Both the position numbers and the translations under genes were made by a program. The notes beneath the pieces were generated by a model, which ran no database searches, was not told where the DNA came from, and saw nothing but the letters and a program-made list of their open reading frames with translations. From NCBI GenBank assembly GCA_943371705.1, contig CALRVV010000004.1, positions 157,858 through 221,857 on the forward strand: DNA of 64,000 bases, given 5' to 3'. This DNA is from Chitinophaga pinensis. GTDB taxonomy: Bacteria; Bacteroidota; Bacteroidia; Chitinophagales; Chitinophagaceae. Positions 1 to 10,295 of this stretch are shown piece by piece. Positions within the stretch are counted from its first letter, which is position 1. Each line of letters begins with the position of its first letter.

Positions 1-1
1 G

Positions 2-3000
2 GCGGTAGCCCAAACCGTTACCGATGCCAACGGATTTTATTTATTCTCTAATGTGTTACCCGGTACCTATAGTGTAGGTTTCGGCACCATTCCGGCCTCA
101 TCTGCCTTTACCACTCAAAATGCAGCCGGAAGTACGGCTGCTAATAACAGCGATGCCGATCAAACAGGACGTACAGCAACCTTTACCCTGGTTGGAGGTC
201 AGTCTAAAACAGATGTGGATGCCGGTTTGGTTTCATTAAAAGCAGCCGTAGGCGATTATGTTTGGAATGATGCAAACAACGATGGTCTGCAGGATGCCAG
301 TGAAGCAGGTGTTGCGGGTATTACCGTAACCATGTTCACTTCGGCAAATGCCACCATTGGTGATGCCGATGATGTAGCAAGAGCATCTGCAGTTACCGAT
401 GCCAACGGATATTATTTTATCAATAATGTTTCTGTAGCAGCAACAGGTTCACAGTTCTATATGCGTTTTACCGACCTGCAGTCTGCATATGACTTTACAT
501 TACCACTTGTTGGCGGAACAGGAGCTTCCAATAACAGCAAGGTAACAACGCAGCCCGTTGCCAATGGCAGAACAGGCTTCTTTACCCTTGCTCCTGGCCA
601 GGTATACCGTGATGTGGATGCAGGTATCGTAATCAATACAGCGTCTATCGGCGACCGTGTTTGGAATGATACAAACGGAAATGGTATACAGGATCCAAAT
701 GAGGTGGGTATTGCCGGTGTAACCATCGTGTTGTATAACTCGTTGGCACAACCCATTGCCACCACAACCACCGATGCATTTGGTATTTATAAATTCAGCG
801 GTTTGGCTGCTGATAATTACACTTTGAAAATCACACCTCCGTCCAATTATACCTTATCGGCCAAAACACAGGGCGGAGATACCAATACAGACAGCGATTT
901 CGATCCAATAACTTATACAACAGCAACAGTAACCCTGGCAGCCGGACAAAACCGCACCGATATTGATGCCGGCCTTAAATTTACTCAATCACAGCCGGCC
1001 AGTGTGGGCGACCGTGTATGGCTGGATAACAATGGTGATGGTATACAGGATGCCGGAGAACCAGGCGTATCCAATGTGCTGGTTACCTTATACAATGGTA
1101 CAGGTACACCTGTACGTTATACATACACTGATGTAAATGGTTATTACCTGTTTACTGATGTAACACCAGGTTCTTATACAGTAGGTGTAAGCTTACCTCC
1201 AGCGTTTGTATTTACTGCAAACAATGGTGCTGTAAGCAATACAACCAACAGTGATATTATTCCTGCCACCGGCAGAACTGCTTCATTTACCGTAAATGCG
1301 GGCGACCAGATCAGGTATGTGGATGCCGGTTTAAAACAACAGCAAACAACCAATGGCAGTATAGGAGATTTTGTGTGGAATGACCTGAACCAGGATGGCC
1401 AGCAGGATTCCGGTGAACCGGGTATTGCAGATGTGGCCGTACGTTTAATAAATGCTGTAACCAATGCAGTTGTGGCAACCACCGCAACCGATGTTACCGG
1501 TAAATATATTTTCAATGATGTACTTGCCGGTAATTACCTGGTGGAATTTGTAACACCGGCCGGATATACCACTACCAGCAAACTGAATAATAATGTAGAA
1601 GCTTCTGCAACGGACAGTGATGTAGATCCTGCTACTTCAAAAACAGCATCATTCATCCTGGCAGCCGGCCAGCGCATCACAGCAGTGGATGCCGGTTACT
1701 GGCAAACCAGTGGTGGAACAAGTATGATCGGCGACCGTGTATGGCTTGATGCCAACCAAAACGGTATTCAGGATATTGGTGAAAAAGATGTACCCGGAAT
1801 AACAGTGGTTTTATATGACGGAACCAATACAGCCATCAAACAAACAGTAACCGATGCTTCAGGCAATTACCTGTTCACCAACCTGGCAGCCGGTAATTAC
1901 ACCGTTGGTTTCAGCAATATACCAGCTGGCTATACATTCACAACCCAGGGTTTGGGCACAGCAGCAACTGGCAGTGATGCTAACCCGGCAACAGGCCGTA
2001 CAGCAACCATTACTTTAGCTGCGGCACAAACCAACCTGGATGTGGATGCCGGTATCCGCTCTGCAATGGCGGGTACAGCTTCAATAGGAAACAGGGTATG
2101 GAATGATTTAAATAATAATGGATTACAGGATGCAAATGAACCGGGAATAGCGGGTGTAACTGCAGAATTGCTGGATGCCAATGGCAACCCGATCGACAGC
2201 GATCCGGTAACAGCAGGAATACAGCCTACCACACGTTTAACCAATGCACTGGGCGAGTACCTGTTTACAGGCCTTGCAGCTGGCGATTACAAAGTCCGCT
2301 TTGGTACTTTACCTGCTGGCTTTAATGCTTCACCAAAAGCAGCAGGAACCAACAGGGATATCGACAGTGATGGAAATGCAATAGCAGCCGGAACTTCAAC
2401 AACTGATATGGTTAGTGTGGCTGCAGGCGAAGAGCGTTTGGATATAGACCTTGGTTTACATAATCCAACTGCACCTTCCGGCCAGATAGGCGATTATGTT
2501 TGGTTTGATTCCAATAACAATGGTGTTCAGGATGCAACAGAACAGGGTGTGCCCGGAGTATCAGTTTCCTTACTGAATGCTTCTAATAACGTACTGGCAA
2601 CCACCGTAACTGATGCAAACGGAAACTATCTTTTTGCAAACCTGGCTGATGCCACTTATGCTGTAAGGTTCAGCAATTTGCCTGCAGGTTTTGTTTTCTC
2701 ACCAAAAGACCAGGGAGGTAATGACAATCTGGATAGTGATGCAGATCCTGCAACCGGCCAAACCGGAACGTATACCATTACTGCCGGAAATACCAATCTT
2801 ACTGTAGATGCCGGTATTTACTCAACCAGGGCAGCACTGGGCGACTATGTATGGTTTGATGCAGACAATGACGGTACACAGGATGCAACCGAGAAAGGTA
2901 TTGCGGGTGTAACGGTAACACTATACGATGCAAATAATACAGCTGTTACTTCAACAGTAACAGATCAAAACGGAAGATATTTCTTCAGTAACCTGGATCC

Positions 3001-3967
3001 CGCTACCTACACCGTAGGATTTGGTACCATACCAACCCAACTGGTATTTACCATAAAGGATGCAGTTGTTGCCGGAGACCTTGCTGACAGTGATGTAGAT
3101 CCTGCAACAGGTAAAACCGGGCCGGTAACCCTAACTGCCGGCCAGGTTAACCTTAGTGTGGATGCCGGTTTAAGACCATTTGTACCGGCTTCAATTGGTG
3201 ATTTTGTTTGGTATGATCTGGACAGGGATGGTATACAGGATCCGAATGAACCGGGTGTACCGGGTATTGTAGCAACACTTTACAATGCTGCTAACCAGGT
3301 GATCGGTTCTGCAATAACTGATGGCAACGGGTTCTACCAGATCAGCAATGTACCTGCGGGCACCGATTACTATGTGTTATTCAGCAACAAGCCTGATCCT
3401 GCTGCACCATGGACATTACAAAATGTTGGCGGAGCCGGAGCTAATAATAACAGCAAGGCGGATGCTACCGGAAAAACCGGTTCATTCAATGTTGCAGAAG
3501 GACAAAATATCACCAATATAGATGCCGGTTTATACAGGCTCATCAGTTTAAGCGGAAATGTTTGGCACGATGCCAATGGTATGGATGATAACCTGGTAAA
3601 CAAAACAAGTACAACGCCTATTCCGGTTGGATTAAGGGTATACCTCGTTAATTTCAGTAACGGAGCCATCATTGAAGGTGTAAGGGGTATTTCATCATTT
3701 ACCGGAACTTATTTATTCCAGAACGTGAATGTGAACACCAATTACAGGATCTATTTGACCAACCAGGCATTTAATGTTGGAACGGTATTCCCTAATTCCG
3801 GCTTTAACACACTGCCGGGAACCTGGACCAATACCGGTGAAAAACTGGGTATTACACCGGGCAGCGACGGAATTGCCAATGGCTGGTTAAATGTGACTGT
3901 TGGTGTATCCAGTGTGGTGAATGCCAATTTTGGAATAAAAGAAGGCGGTGGCGGTGGCCAGCAATAA
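2..3967 (+). CDS. Giant SdrD B-like (Cna-B) repeat surface protein, 5'-truncated by window edge
   Basis: Frame is open from base 2 (AVAQTVTDANGFYLF...). Nine complete GD.VW.D.N.DG.QD..E.G repeats plus a partial first and a divergent last domain; ends GGGGGQQ with no T9SS CTD. Confidence 0.9.
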   Translation, partial: AVAQTVTDANGFYLFSNVLPGTYSVGFGTIPASSAFTTQNAAGSTAANNSDADQTGRTATFTLVGGQSKTDVDAGLVSLKAAVGDYVWNDANNDGLQDASEAGVAGITVTMFTSANATIGDADDVARASAVTDANGYYFINNVSVAATGSQFYMRFTDLQSAYDFTLPLVGGTGASNNSKVTTQPVANGRTGFFTLAPGQVYRDVDAGIVINTASIGDRVWNDTNGNGIQDPNEVGIAGVTIVLYNSLAQPIATTTTDAFGIYKFSGLAADNYTLKITPPSNYTLSAKTQGGDTNTDSDFDPITYTTATVTLAAGQNRTDIDAGLKFTQSQPASVGDRVWLDNNGDGIQDAGEPGVSNVLVTLYNGTGTPVRYTYTDVNGYYLFTDVTPGSYTVGVSLPPAFVFTANNGAVSNTTNSDIIPATGRTASFTVNAGDQIRYVDAGLKQQQTTNGSIGDFVWNDLNQDGQQDSGEPGIADVAVRLINAVTNAVVATTATDVTGKYIFNDVLAGNYLVEFVTPAGYTTTSKLNNNVEASATDSDVDPATSKTASFILAAGQRITAVDAGYWQTSGGTSMIGDRVWLDANQNGIQDIGEKDVPGITVVLYDGTNTAIKQTVTDASGNYLFTNLAAGNYTVGFSNIPAGYTFTTQGLGTAATGSDANPATGRTATITLAAAQTNLDVDAGIRSAMAGTASIGNRVWNDLNNNGLQDANEPGIAGVTAELLDANGNPIDSDPVTAGIQPTTRLTNALGEYLFTGLAAGDYKVRFGTLPAGFNASPKAAGTNRDIDSDGNAIAAGTSTTDMVSVAAGEERLDIDLGLHNPTAPSGQIGDYVWFDSNNNGVQDATEQGVPGVSVSLLNASNNVLATTVTDANGNYLFANLADATYAVRFSNLPAGFVFSPKDQGGNDNLDSDADPATGQTGTYTITAGNTNLTVDAGIYSTRAALGDYVWFDADNDGTQDATEKGIAGVTVTLYDANNTAVTSTVTDQNGRYFFSNLDPATYTVGFGTIPTQLVFTIKDAVVAGDLADSDVDPATGKTGPVTLTAGQVNLSVDAGLRPFVPASIGDFVWYDLDRDGIQDPNEPGVPGIVATLYNAANQVIGSAITDGNGFYQISNVPAGTDYYVLFSNKPDPAAPWTLQNVGGAGANNNSKADATGKTGSFNVAEGQNITNIDAGLYRLISLSGNVWHDANGMDDNLVNKTSTTPIPVGLRVYLVNFSNGAIIEGVRGISSFTGTYLFQNVNVNTNYRIYLTNQAFNVGTVFPNSGFNTLPGTWTNTGEKLGITPGSDGIANGWLNVTVGVSSVVNANFGIKEGGGGGQQ

Positions 3968-4044
3968 TAACAAAAGTTTAAACTGAACATAATATCCATT
4001 GATTGCCAAATGAACACAAGAATTCAAACTAAAAAACAAAAGAA

Positions 4045-6660
4045 ATGAAAAAGTTAGTTATCGTAACCTGTTCTATCATTTGTGCATCCTTTTTCGGTAT
4101 TGCAGTAAATGCCCAGAACCCAAGCCTAGAGTTAAGCTGGCTTAGTGGTTCATGGAACCCGGCTCCTGGTCCAACCCAGGGACCGTCATTAGCAACGCAG
4201 CTTCAGACCTTTCAGAATGATGCGTTGAACAATTCAAATTTTTCTAATTACAGTCCGGCTGTAAGCGTTACTACTTCGCTTAGAAACCAGGTATTCACCG
4301 GTTATAACTATTCGGGTATACAGGGAACCGTTAGTACCGGCCTTTCTTTTGGTACCTCAAAGTCTGAATGGAATGATGCGGTGGTTACCACACAAGGCCC
4401 AAGAGCGAGTAACCTTTTTGATCTGATAGGTGCAAACGTAGGTGCTCATGGCCCTACCGCCAGCCTGTACCGTTCTTTTGCAGGCGAGGCCCTGGGTACC
4501 ATTGATGCCGATTTCAGCCAGTTTGGCGCTGATGGCAACGGCGGCGTTTCCCTTTTTACAACGGTGGAACCCTTAAAAACCTTACCGGGTGTAGACAAGG
4601 CAGGACGCTATGAATATGGAGAACTGGTCATTAGGTTTAGCCGTAAGGTTAAAGACCCGGTTATAAATATAGCCAGCCTGGGTGGATCATCCTGGTACCA
4701 GACCTCTGTTGGAGCCCCCTGGAATATGGCGTATTTCACCACGGAACTGGAATTGGTTACCCCTGGTTTTACTTCTGTAAAATTATCCGGAACCCCATAT
4801 CTGGATGTACAGGGCAATAATATTTTAAATAATGCAGCACGGCCCAATGGTGATTCTCAATCTGGCGCTGTGGATGTAAAAGGCTTTTCTACTTTTGGGT
4901 CTGCCAGTGGCAGTATCCAGGTAAATGGTGTTGTAGATTCATTGGTATATAAGGTATATATGCGTGGGTCATCGTTATCCGATTATCCGTTTACGTTTGA
5001 TGCAGTAGCAATTTTGGGTGCTTCACGCAATCCTTTTTACGGTGATTTCTGGTCTATCAGTTATTCTCTGAAAACTCCAAACCAGCAAATTTCCGGTAAC
5101 GTATTTATTGATCCGCAAACTACAGACAATAATATCAATCAGTCATTTGGAAACGCTAACGCACGCACCAATGCTGGTGGTATGTTGTATGCCAATTTAA
5201 TTCAGGGCGGACTGGTAGTGGCCACTGTGCCGGTTTCGGCCAATGGCGATTTCTTATTTGATAATGTGCCCGTTAACAACGGGTATACCGTGCAATTAAG
5301 CAGCAACCAGGGTGTGGTTGGCAATGCGCCACCTGCATCTGCCCTGCCTGCTAACTGGATAAATACAGGCGAGTTTATCGGAACCGGTGTGGGTACTGAT
5401 GGAACAATTAATGGTATTTCTGCGTCATTTAATGTGGCAGCTTCTAATATCGTTGAGCATGTGAATTTTGGTATTAAAGCAGGCCCTTGTCCTAATAATG
5501 TTTTGTATACGGTTCCGCCTACCCTTACGGGTTATTTTGGTGGTTTTGAACTTACACCTGCAGCCGCTAATTTTTTCCCTGCCGGTGTAAATTACAGCAA
5601 TGGCCGTGGCCGTATTTATCCGGCAACGCCACTGGCACCTGCCGATTACAGTGTAACCAGCAATCCAAATCTGTTTAGTCCCGCTTTAAGTTCATATCCT
5701 GCTTTAGGCGGACAAAGCCAAATGGCAATAAGGCCATCGGCCAATAACCAGGTTGTTTACTACATTATGGACAGCGCCGGTAAAACCAATGCAGGCGGAC
5801 AGATCTATTTCATATCCGGCCCCGGCCCGGGTGGCGATTATAATTTCAGGGGATGGTTTGCTAAATCTACCGCTGCAGATGCCATTGTGAAAATAAAAAT
5901 TTATGATGCAGATGTACCTGCCAGGGTATTTAAAGATATCAATGTCACTGTTACAGGTCCTGCAGGCAGTTGGGTTTACTGGAGTGCACCGTGGAATGTA
6001 AACTATGGTGTTCCCGGCAGTTTCTCACAAACCAAAAAAGTTGTATTCGATATCATTTCAGTAAATGGAGCGCCATTCAGCATAGATGAACTTTGCTTTG
6101 ATGAGCCGGCCCTTGGCCCGCCATTGCCCATAACCCTGGCTGACTTTGCAGTAAACAAAACCAATTGCAATGCAAACCTGGTTTGGAAAACATCAACAGA
6201 GATCAACAGCGACAGGTTTGAAGTGGAAGTAAGTACCGGAAACAATGCTGTTTACACCCTTGCCAGTACCGTAATGGCTGCCGGCAGCAGTTCAACTGCA
6301 AAAACATACCAGTTCAGCTATCCGATGCAAACCGGAGAAGTGTATTATTTCCGGATCAAAATGATCGATAAGAACGGTTCGTTCACTTACAGTAATGTGC
6401 TTTCATCAGACTGTTCAAAAGGTGGTGGAGGTATCATCATTGCTCCAAATCCGGTGGTAGATAAATTCATGATCCGCGGAATGGAAAATGGAAAGAACAC
6501 CATCCTTGTATATGGCGCAAATGGACAGTTGGTTAAAACGCAAACCAGTACAACCAACAACAGCAGTGTAAATATATCTTACCTGGCTCCGGGTATGTAT
6601 ACAGTAAAAGTTACCAGCGAAAAAGGCAACACCGTAATTCGCAAATTAATAAAGCATTAA
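4045..6660 (+). CDS. T9SS type A sorting domain-containing protein
   Basis: Signal peptide MKKLVIVTCS...VNAQ; PLPITLADF Ig-like domain then CTD IAPNPV...LAPGMYTVKV...RKLIKH. Confidence 0.9.
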   Translation: MKKLVIVTCSIICASFFGIAVNAQNPSLELSWLSGSWNPAPGPTQGPSLATQLQTFQNDALNNSNFSNYSPAVSVTTSLRNQVFTGYNYSGIQGTVSTGLSFGTSKSEWNDAVVTTQGPRASNLFDLIGANVGAHGPTASLYRSFAGEALGTIDADFSQFGADGNGGVSLFTTVEPLKTLPGVDKAGRYEYGELVIRFSRKVKDPVINIASLGGSSWYQTSVGAPWNMAYFTTELELVTPGFTSVKLSGTPYLDVQGNNILNNAARPNGDSQSGAVDVKGFSTFGSASGSIQVNGVVDSLVYKVYMRGSSLSDYPFTFDAVAILGASRNPFYGDFWSISYSLKTPNQQISGNVFIDPQTTDNNINQSFGNANARTNAGGMLYANLIQGGLVVATVPVSANGDFLFDNVPVNNGYTVQLSSNQGVVGNAPPASALPANWINTGEFIGTGVGTDGTINGISASFNVAASNIVEHVNFGIKAGPCPNNVLYTVPPTLTGYFGGFELTPAAANFFPAGVNYSNGRGRIYPATPLAPADYSVTSNPNLFSPALSSYPALGGQSQMAIRPSANNQVVYYIMDSAGKTNAGGQIYFISGPGPGGDYNFRGWFAKSTAADAIVKIKIYDADVPARVFKDINVTVTGPAGSWVYWSAPWNVNYGVPGSFSQTKKVVFDIISVNGAPFSIDELCFDEPALGPPLPITLADFAVNKTNCNANLVWKTSTEINSDRFEVEVSTGNNAVYTLASTVMAAGSSSTAKTYQFSYPMQTGEVYYFRIKMIDKNGSFTYSNVLSSDCSKGGGGIIIAPNPVVDKFMIRGMENGKNTILVYGANGQLVKTQTSTTNNSSVNISYLAPGMYTVKVTSEKGNTVIRKLIKH

Positions 6661-6695
6661 ACTAGTTTCGATAACCAAGCACAAGCAAAAGATGT

Positions 6696-6726
6696 CCCCC
6701 CGCCTTAACCGGGGGGCTCTTTTTTT
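6696..6726 (+). terminator. Rho-independent terminator
   Basis: CCCCCCG-ccttaac-CGGGGGG stem followed by a T tract, after the 6660 stop. Confidence 0.8.
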
Positions 6727-7118
6727 AAAAAAGTATCGGTTTGTTTTATGTTATTAAATTGTTGATTATTATGCATTTATAGCAGTTCCATATTTTATTT
6801 AAAAAATATTTTTAAAAAAATTAGGAAATGTGAAAACTCTTTCCATATATTTGTATCTCCTAACAATAGTAATTTTACTGTCTTTCACGTGATTTCTCCC
6901 TTAATTTGACAAGGTTGTTATTCTAATACAATAACCACTTCAATACCTGATTCAGTTGTGTACAACCGGTTGTTTTATATGCGTTTTTTTGCATACAAAG
7001 CCCTGGTTTCAACAACAGAGCTGGCGTTGCTTTAATTTATCCAGTATTCTTTTATTTTTTGAAAAACGGAAATATCAGTTCCCGTAAAACGGAATTATTA
7101 CCTCTGAAAGAAAATAAA

Positions 7119-9065
7119 ATGAATAATATTTTTACCCACCCGAAAACAGGAAACTTTACGAAAAAGTTTTCTTACTTCACTAAAAGGGCATTTGCATGTA
7201 CTGCAGCCCTTATCAGTGTGTGTAATATCAGTGTAGCTCAAAATACAGACCTCCCCAATCCGGATCCGAATATCTGGAATGCCCCGGCCGGTACAATGGT
7301 AATTGCCATGGACAATACAAACCAGGGCAATGCAGGTATCTTTAACCTGAAAGCCTACGGCCTGGTGGTAACTTTAATGAACAATTATACAAGACTGCGC
7401 TGGATCATTACGGCAGGCAAAGGCAAAGACGGAACCGATATCAGTGTTCCTGCCCGTTCAATTACACATCCAACCATTGTTGCGGCAAGTTCTAAAATTA
7501 CGGTTACTGCCGGAAGCAATGTGGCCCTGATCACTAATGTGGTGGGCACACTGCAGGCAGGCATGACCGTTACTGCCACAGGAATACCGGCGGGTACAAC
7601 CATTCAAAGCATCAATAATCCGATGCAGATCACATTAAGTAATAATGCGGTATCAAATCAATCCAATAAGGATGCGGCTTATCAAATAAACACCTACCCG
7701 GCAATTACCCGTAATTTTAAGGCCGGTCCTTTTGTGATTCCACCGGCAGATACCGCGGGGGTAAGGGCAATAATAAACACATTCAACAATGCACAAACCG
7801 CAGCAAATAAAGTAAAGGTATATGTAACCACCGCTGCAACCACTGCGGATGTTCGTTATGATATGTATGGCCTGAAGCCAAAAGTTGCGGTTGTTGATGA
7901 TGGCGGTAATGCCCGTATCCATACCGATTATTTAGAAAACGCATCTATACCTGCAACAAATTATACGGTAATACCCAGTGCTGCGGGCTTAACTTTAGGC
8001 TGCTACACTTTTGCATCTGAACCGCACAACGGAAGCCAGGGGGCATTTATCGACAGCATTAAAAACTATGTTTTACTGGGAGGCAATTTTCTGGCACAAT
8101 GCCATGCCATTACCACTTATGAAAACTGGGTTAACGGGCATTTTCAAACCACCGGTGGATTTGATAATATGAACGTTAACATAACCCCCAATATCAATTA
8201 TCAGAATAGCGACCTTGCATATACGCAGTTTGAAGGTAATTATGATGCCAATATTGGGGGCAATACACAAACCTGGACCTTATCGGCCGGAAGTACACTA
8301 CATAGCAATTTTTTTGCAGCGATCAGAGGCGCCAATGCAGGCATGCAGAATTATTTTGGGGCAACTGCTTCAAAACTGGTAACAGGAAGAGGTGGCATGG
8401 TATATTTTTTAGGCAATCATAATTTCGGCACATCACAAATGGAAGAGATCAACGGCCAGCGTATGTATTTAAATGCAATGCTCACACCATCTGCAACCGT
8501 GGCCTGCCCGTTTACATTACCTGTTCATTTAAAATATTTTGCTGCCAAAAAAACGAATAACGGACAGGTACAGATCAACTGGGCAACAGCCTCTGAGCAA
8601 AATGCCAGGGAATTTGTAATTGAACGCTCTGCCGACGGGGTACACTTTGCACCACTAACAAGCGTAACTGCAACGGGTAACAGCAATATAGAAAGGAAAT
8701 ACAATGCACTGGATGCAAACCCGGTTGATGGCAGAAATTTTTACCGCTTGCAGCAAATAGATATGGACGGTACTATAACATACAGCAATATTGTAATGAT
8801 CAATATGAGTATCAGCAATGCTTCTGTAACTGTATTTCCAAATCCTGCACGTGGTTTTGCCAATATCAACCTGAATAATTTGCCCGAAAAAAATAACACC
8901 ATTACCGTTTTTGATGTTACCGGAAAGGCAGTAATAAACCAGGTAAATGTTACCGGAAATACGGTGAAACTGAATATTTCTGCATTGCAATCCGGCACCT
9001 ACTTTATTAAGGTTTTTACCGAAAATGGTAACGTGCTGCAAAACAAAATGAATGTATTCAATTAA
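7119..9065 (+). CDS. T9SS type A sorting domain-containing protein
   Basis: ATG at 7119 preferred over TTG at 7059; signal peptide ending VAQ; TLPVHLKYF domain; CTD VFPNPA...LQSGTYFIKV. Confidence 0.85.
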   Translation: MNNIFTHPKTGNFTKKFSYFTKRAFACTAALISVCNISVAQNTDLPNPDPNIWNAPAGTMVIAMDNTNQGNAGIFNLKAYGLVVTLMNNYTRLRWIITAGKGKDGTDISVPARSITHPTIVAASSKITVTAGSNVALITNVVGTLQAGMTVTATGIPAGTTIQSINNPMQITLSNNAVSNQSNKDAAYQINTYPAITRNFKAGPFVIPPADTAGVRAIINTFNNAQTAANKVKVYVTTAATTADVRYDMYGLKPKVAVVDDGGNARIHTDYLENASIPATNYTVIPSAAGLTLGCYTFASEPHNGSQGAFIDSIKNYVLLGGNFLAQCHAITTYENWVNGHFQTTGGFDNMNVNITPNINYQNSDLAYTQFEGNYDANIGGNTQTWTLSAGSTLHSNFFAAIRGANAGMQNYFGATASKLVTGRGGMVYFLGNHNFGTSQMEEINGQRMYLNAMLTPSATVACPFTLPVHLKYFAAKKTNNGQVQINWATASEQNAREFVIERSADGVHFAPLTSVTATGNSNIERKYNALDANPVDGRNFYRLQQIDMDGTITYSNIVMINMSISNASVTVFPNPARGFANINLNNLPEKNNTITVFDVTGKAVINQVNVTGNTVKLNISALQSGTYFIKVFTENGNVLQNKMNVFN

Positions 9066-9097
9066 AACAATTTGATAGTTGATTTTATAAAGATATA

Positions 9098-10237
9098 ATG
9101 CGAATAAAAATAAACATATTACATAACGGGTTTTTAGCTGTTGCCATGATAAGCTTAGTGCTTATGATGCATACAGGGCAGTTAAATGCGCGGCCATATT
9201 TGGATGAAACCAATGCAGGCAGGTATAATATGCCGGCAATAATGGCTGTTACCCAGGACACGGTGCCACCAGTTGATACTGTAACAGCTGAAAATTTTGC
9301 TTCGCTGGGTGATTTTGTATGGATAGATAATAATGCAAACGGCATCCAGGATAAAGGCGAACCCGGAATATCGAATATTGAAGTGGTGCTGTATGATTCC
9401 TTATTGAACATCATTGATTCAAAATATACCGATGACTCGGGCTATTATCATTTCAACAAAATTTCCATTGCAGCAGGAAGTTCAAGAACGTTTATCGTAG
9501 GGTTTAACAATATTCCGCCAAATTATGCATATACCAATCTTATTACAGACAGTATCATGCAATTGGTGAGCAGTAAATCAGATACCATTTCGGGCAGAAC
9601 AAAACCATTTGTTTTACAGGCAGGCGAAAACAGAACGGATATTGACGGGGGTATCAAAAATGCACCGGGTGTGGTACTTCCCCTGATCATCAACCAGTTC
9701 AATGGCAATTATTCAGACGGTTTCATCCAGCTTGGCTGGAGTACCTATTCGGAAATTAATGTGGATCATTTTGATGTGGAACGCAGCACCGATGGGGTTA
9801 ATTTCAGGCAAATCGGAAAAACTACCTCTGCAGGCGGACAGCTCAACAGCAATATGAATTATAATTACCTGGATATTACAGCAGACCGGGGAAATAATTA
9901 TTACCGGTTGGCAATTGTGGATATCAATGGCAATTATACCTACAGCAAATCCATTATGCTGAATGTTGATGTAAAAGGGATCAGTGTAATGATCGTTTAT
10001 CCAAACCCTTTCAGCAGGCGGGTTAAAATACGGGTAAACTGTGATAAAGCTGAAAAAGTAAAGATCAATGTATTAAACAGCAATGGTGTACTGGTGAGTA
10101 CGATGGATGCTCAAACCAATGTGGGAGATAACAATATTGATATCACCAAGGTAGAATCATTGCCGGGGGGTGTTTATTTTATAGAAGTAGTAAGCAGTAC
10201 CCGCAGCTTAAAGACCAGAGTAATGAAACTCAATTAA
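9098..10237 (+). CDS. Single SdrD B-like domain plus T9SS CTD protein
   Basis: LGDFVWIDNNANGIQDKGEPG repeat, VLPLIINQF domain, VYPNPF...LPGGVYFIEV CTD. Confidence 0.85.
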   Translation: MRIKINILHNGFLAVAMISLVLMMHTGQLNARPYLDETNAGRYNMPAIMAVTQDTVPPVDTVTAENFASLGDFVWIDNNANGIQDKGEPGISNIEVVLYDSLLNIIDSKYTDDSGYYHFNKISIAAGSSRTFIVGFNNIPPNYAYTNLITDSIMQLVSSKSDTISGRTKPFVLQAGENRTDIDGGIKNAPGVVLPLIINQFNGNYSDGFIQLGWSTYSEINVDHFDVERSTDGVNFRQIGKTTSAGGQLNSNMNYNYLDITADRGNNYYRLAIVDINGNYTYSKSIMLNVDVKGISVMIVYPNPFSRRVKIRVNCDKAEKVKINVLNSNGVLVSTMDAQTNVGDNNIDITKVESLPGGVYFIEVVSSTRSLKTRVMKLN

Positions 10238-10267
10238 TATTTTTCTTACCTCTACATTGTTTTATTT

Positions 10268-10295
10268 AAAAGCCCTGCCAGACGCAGGGTTTTTT
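10268..10295. terminator. Bidirectional terminator
   Basis: aaaaGCCCTGC-cagac-GCAGGGTttttt between convergent genes. Confidence 0.75.
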
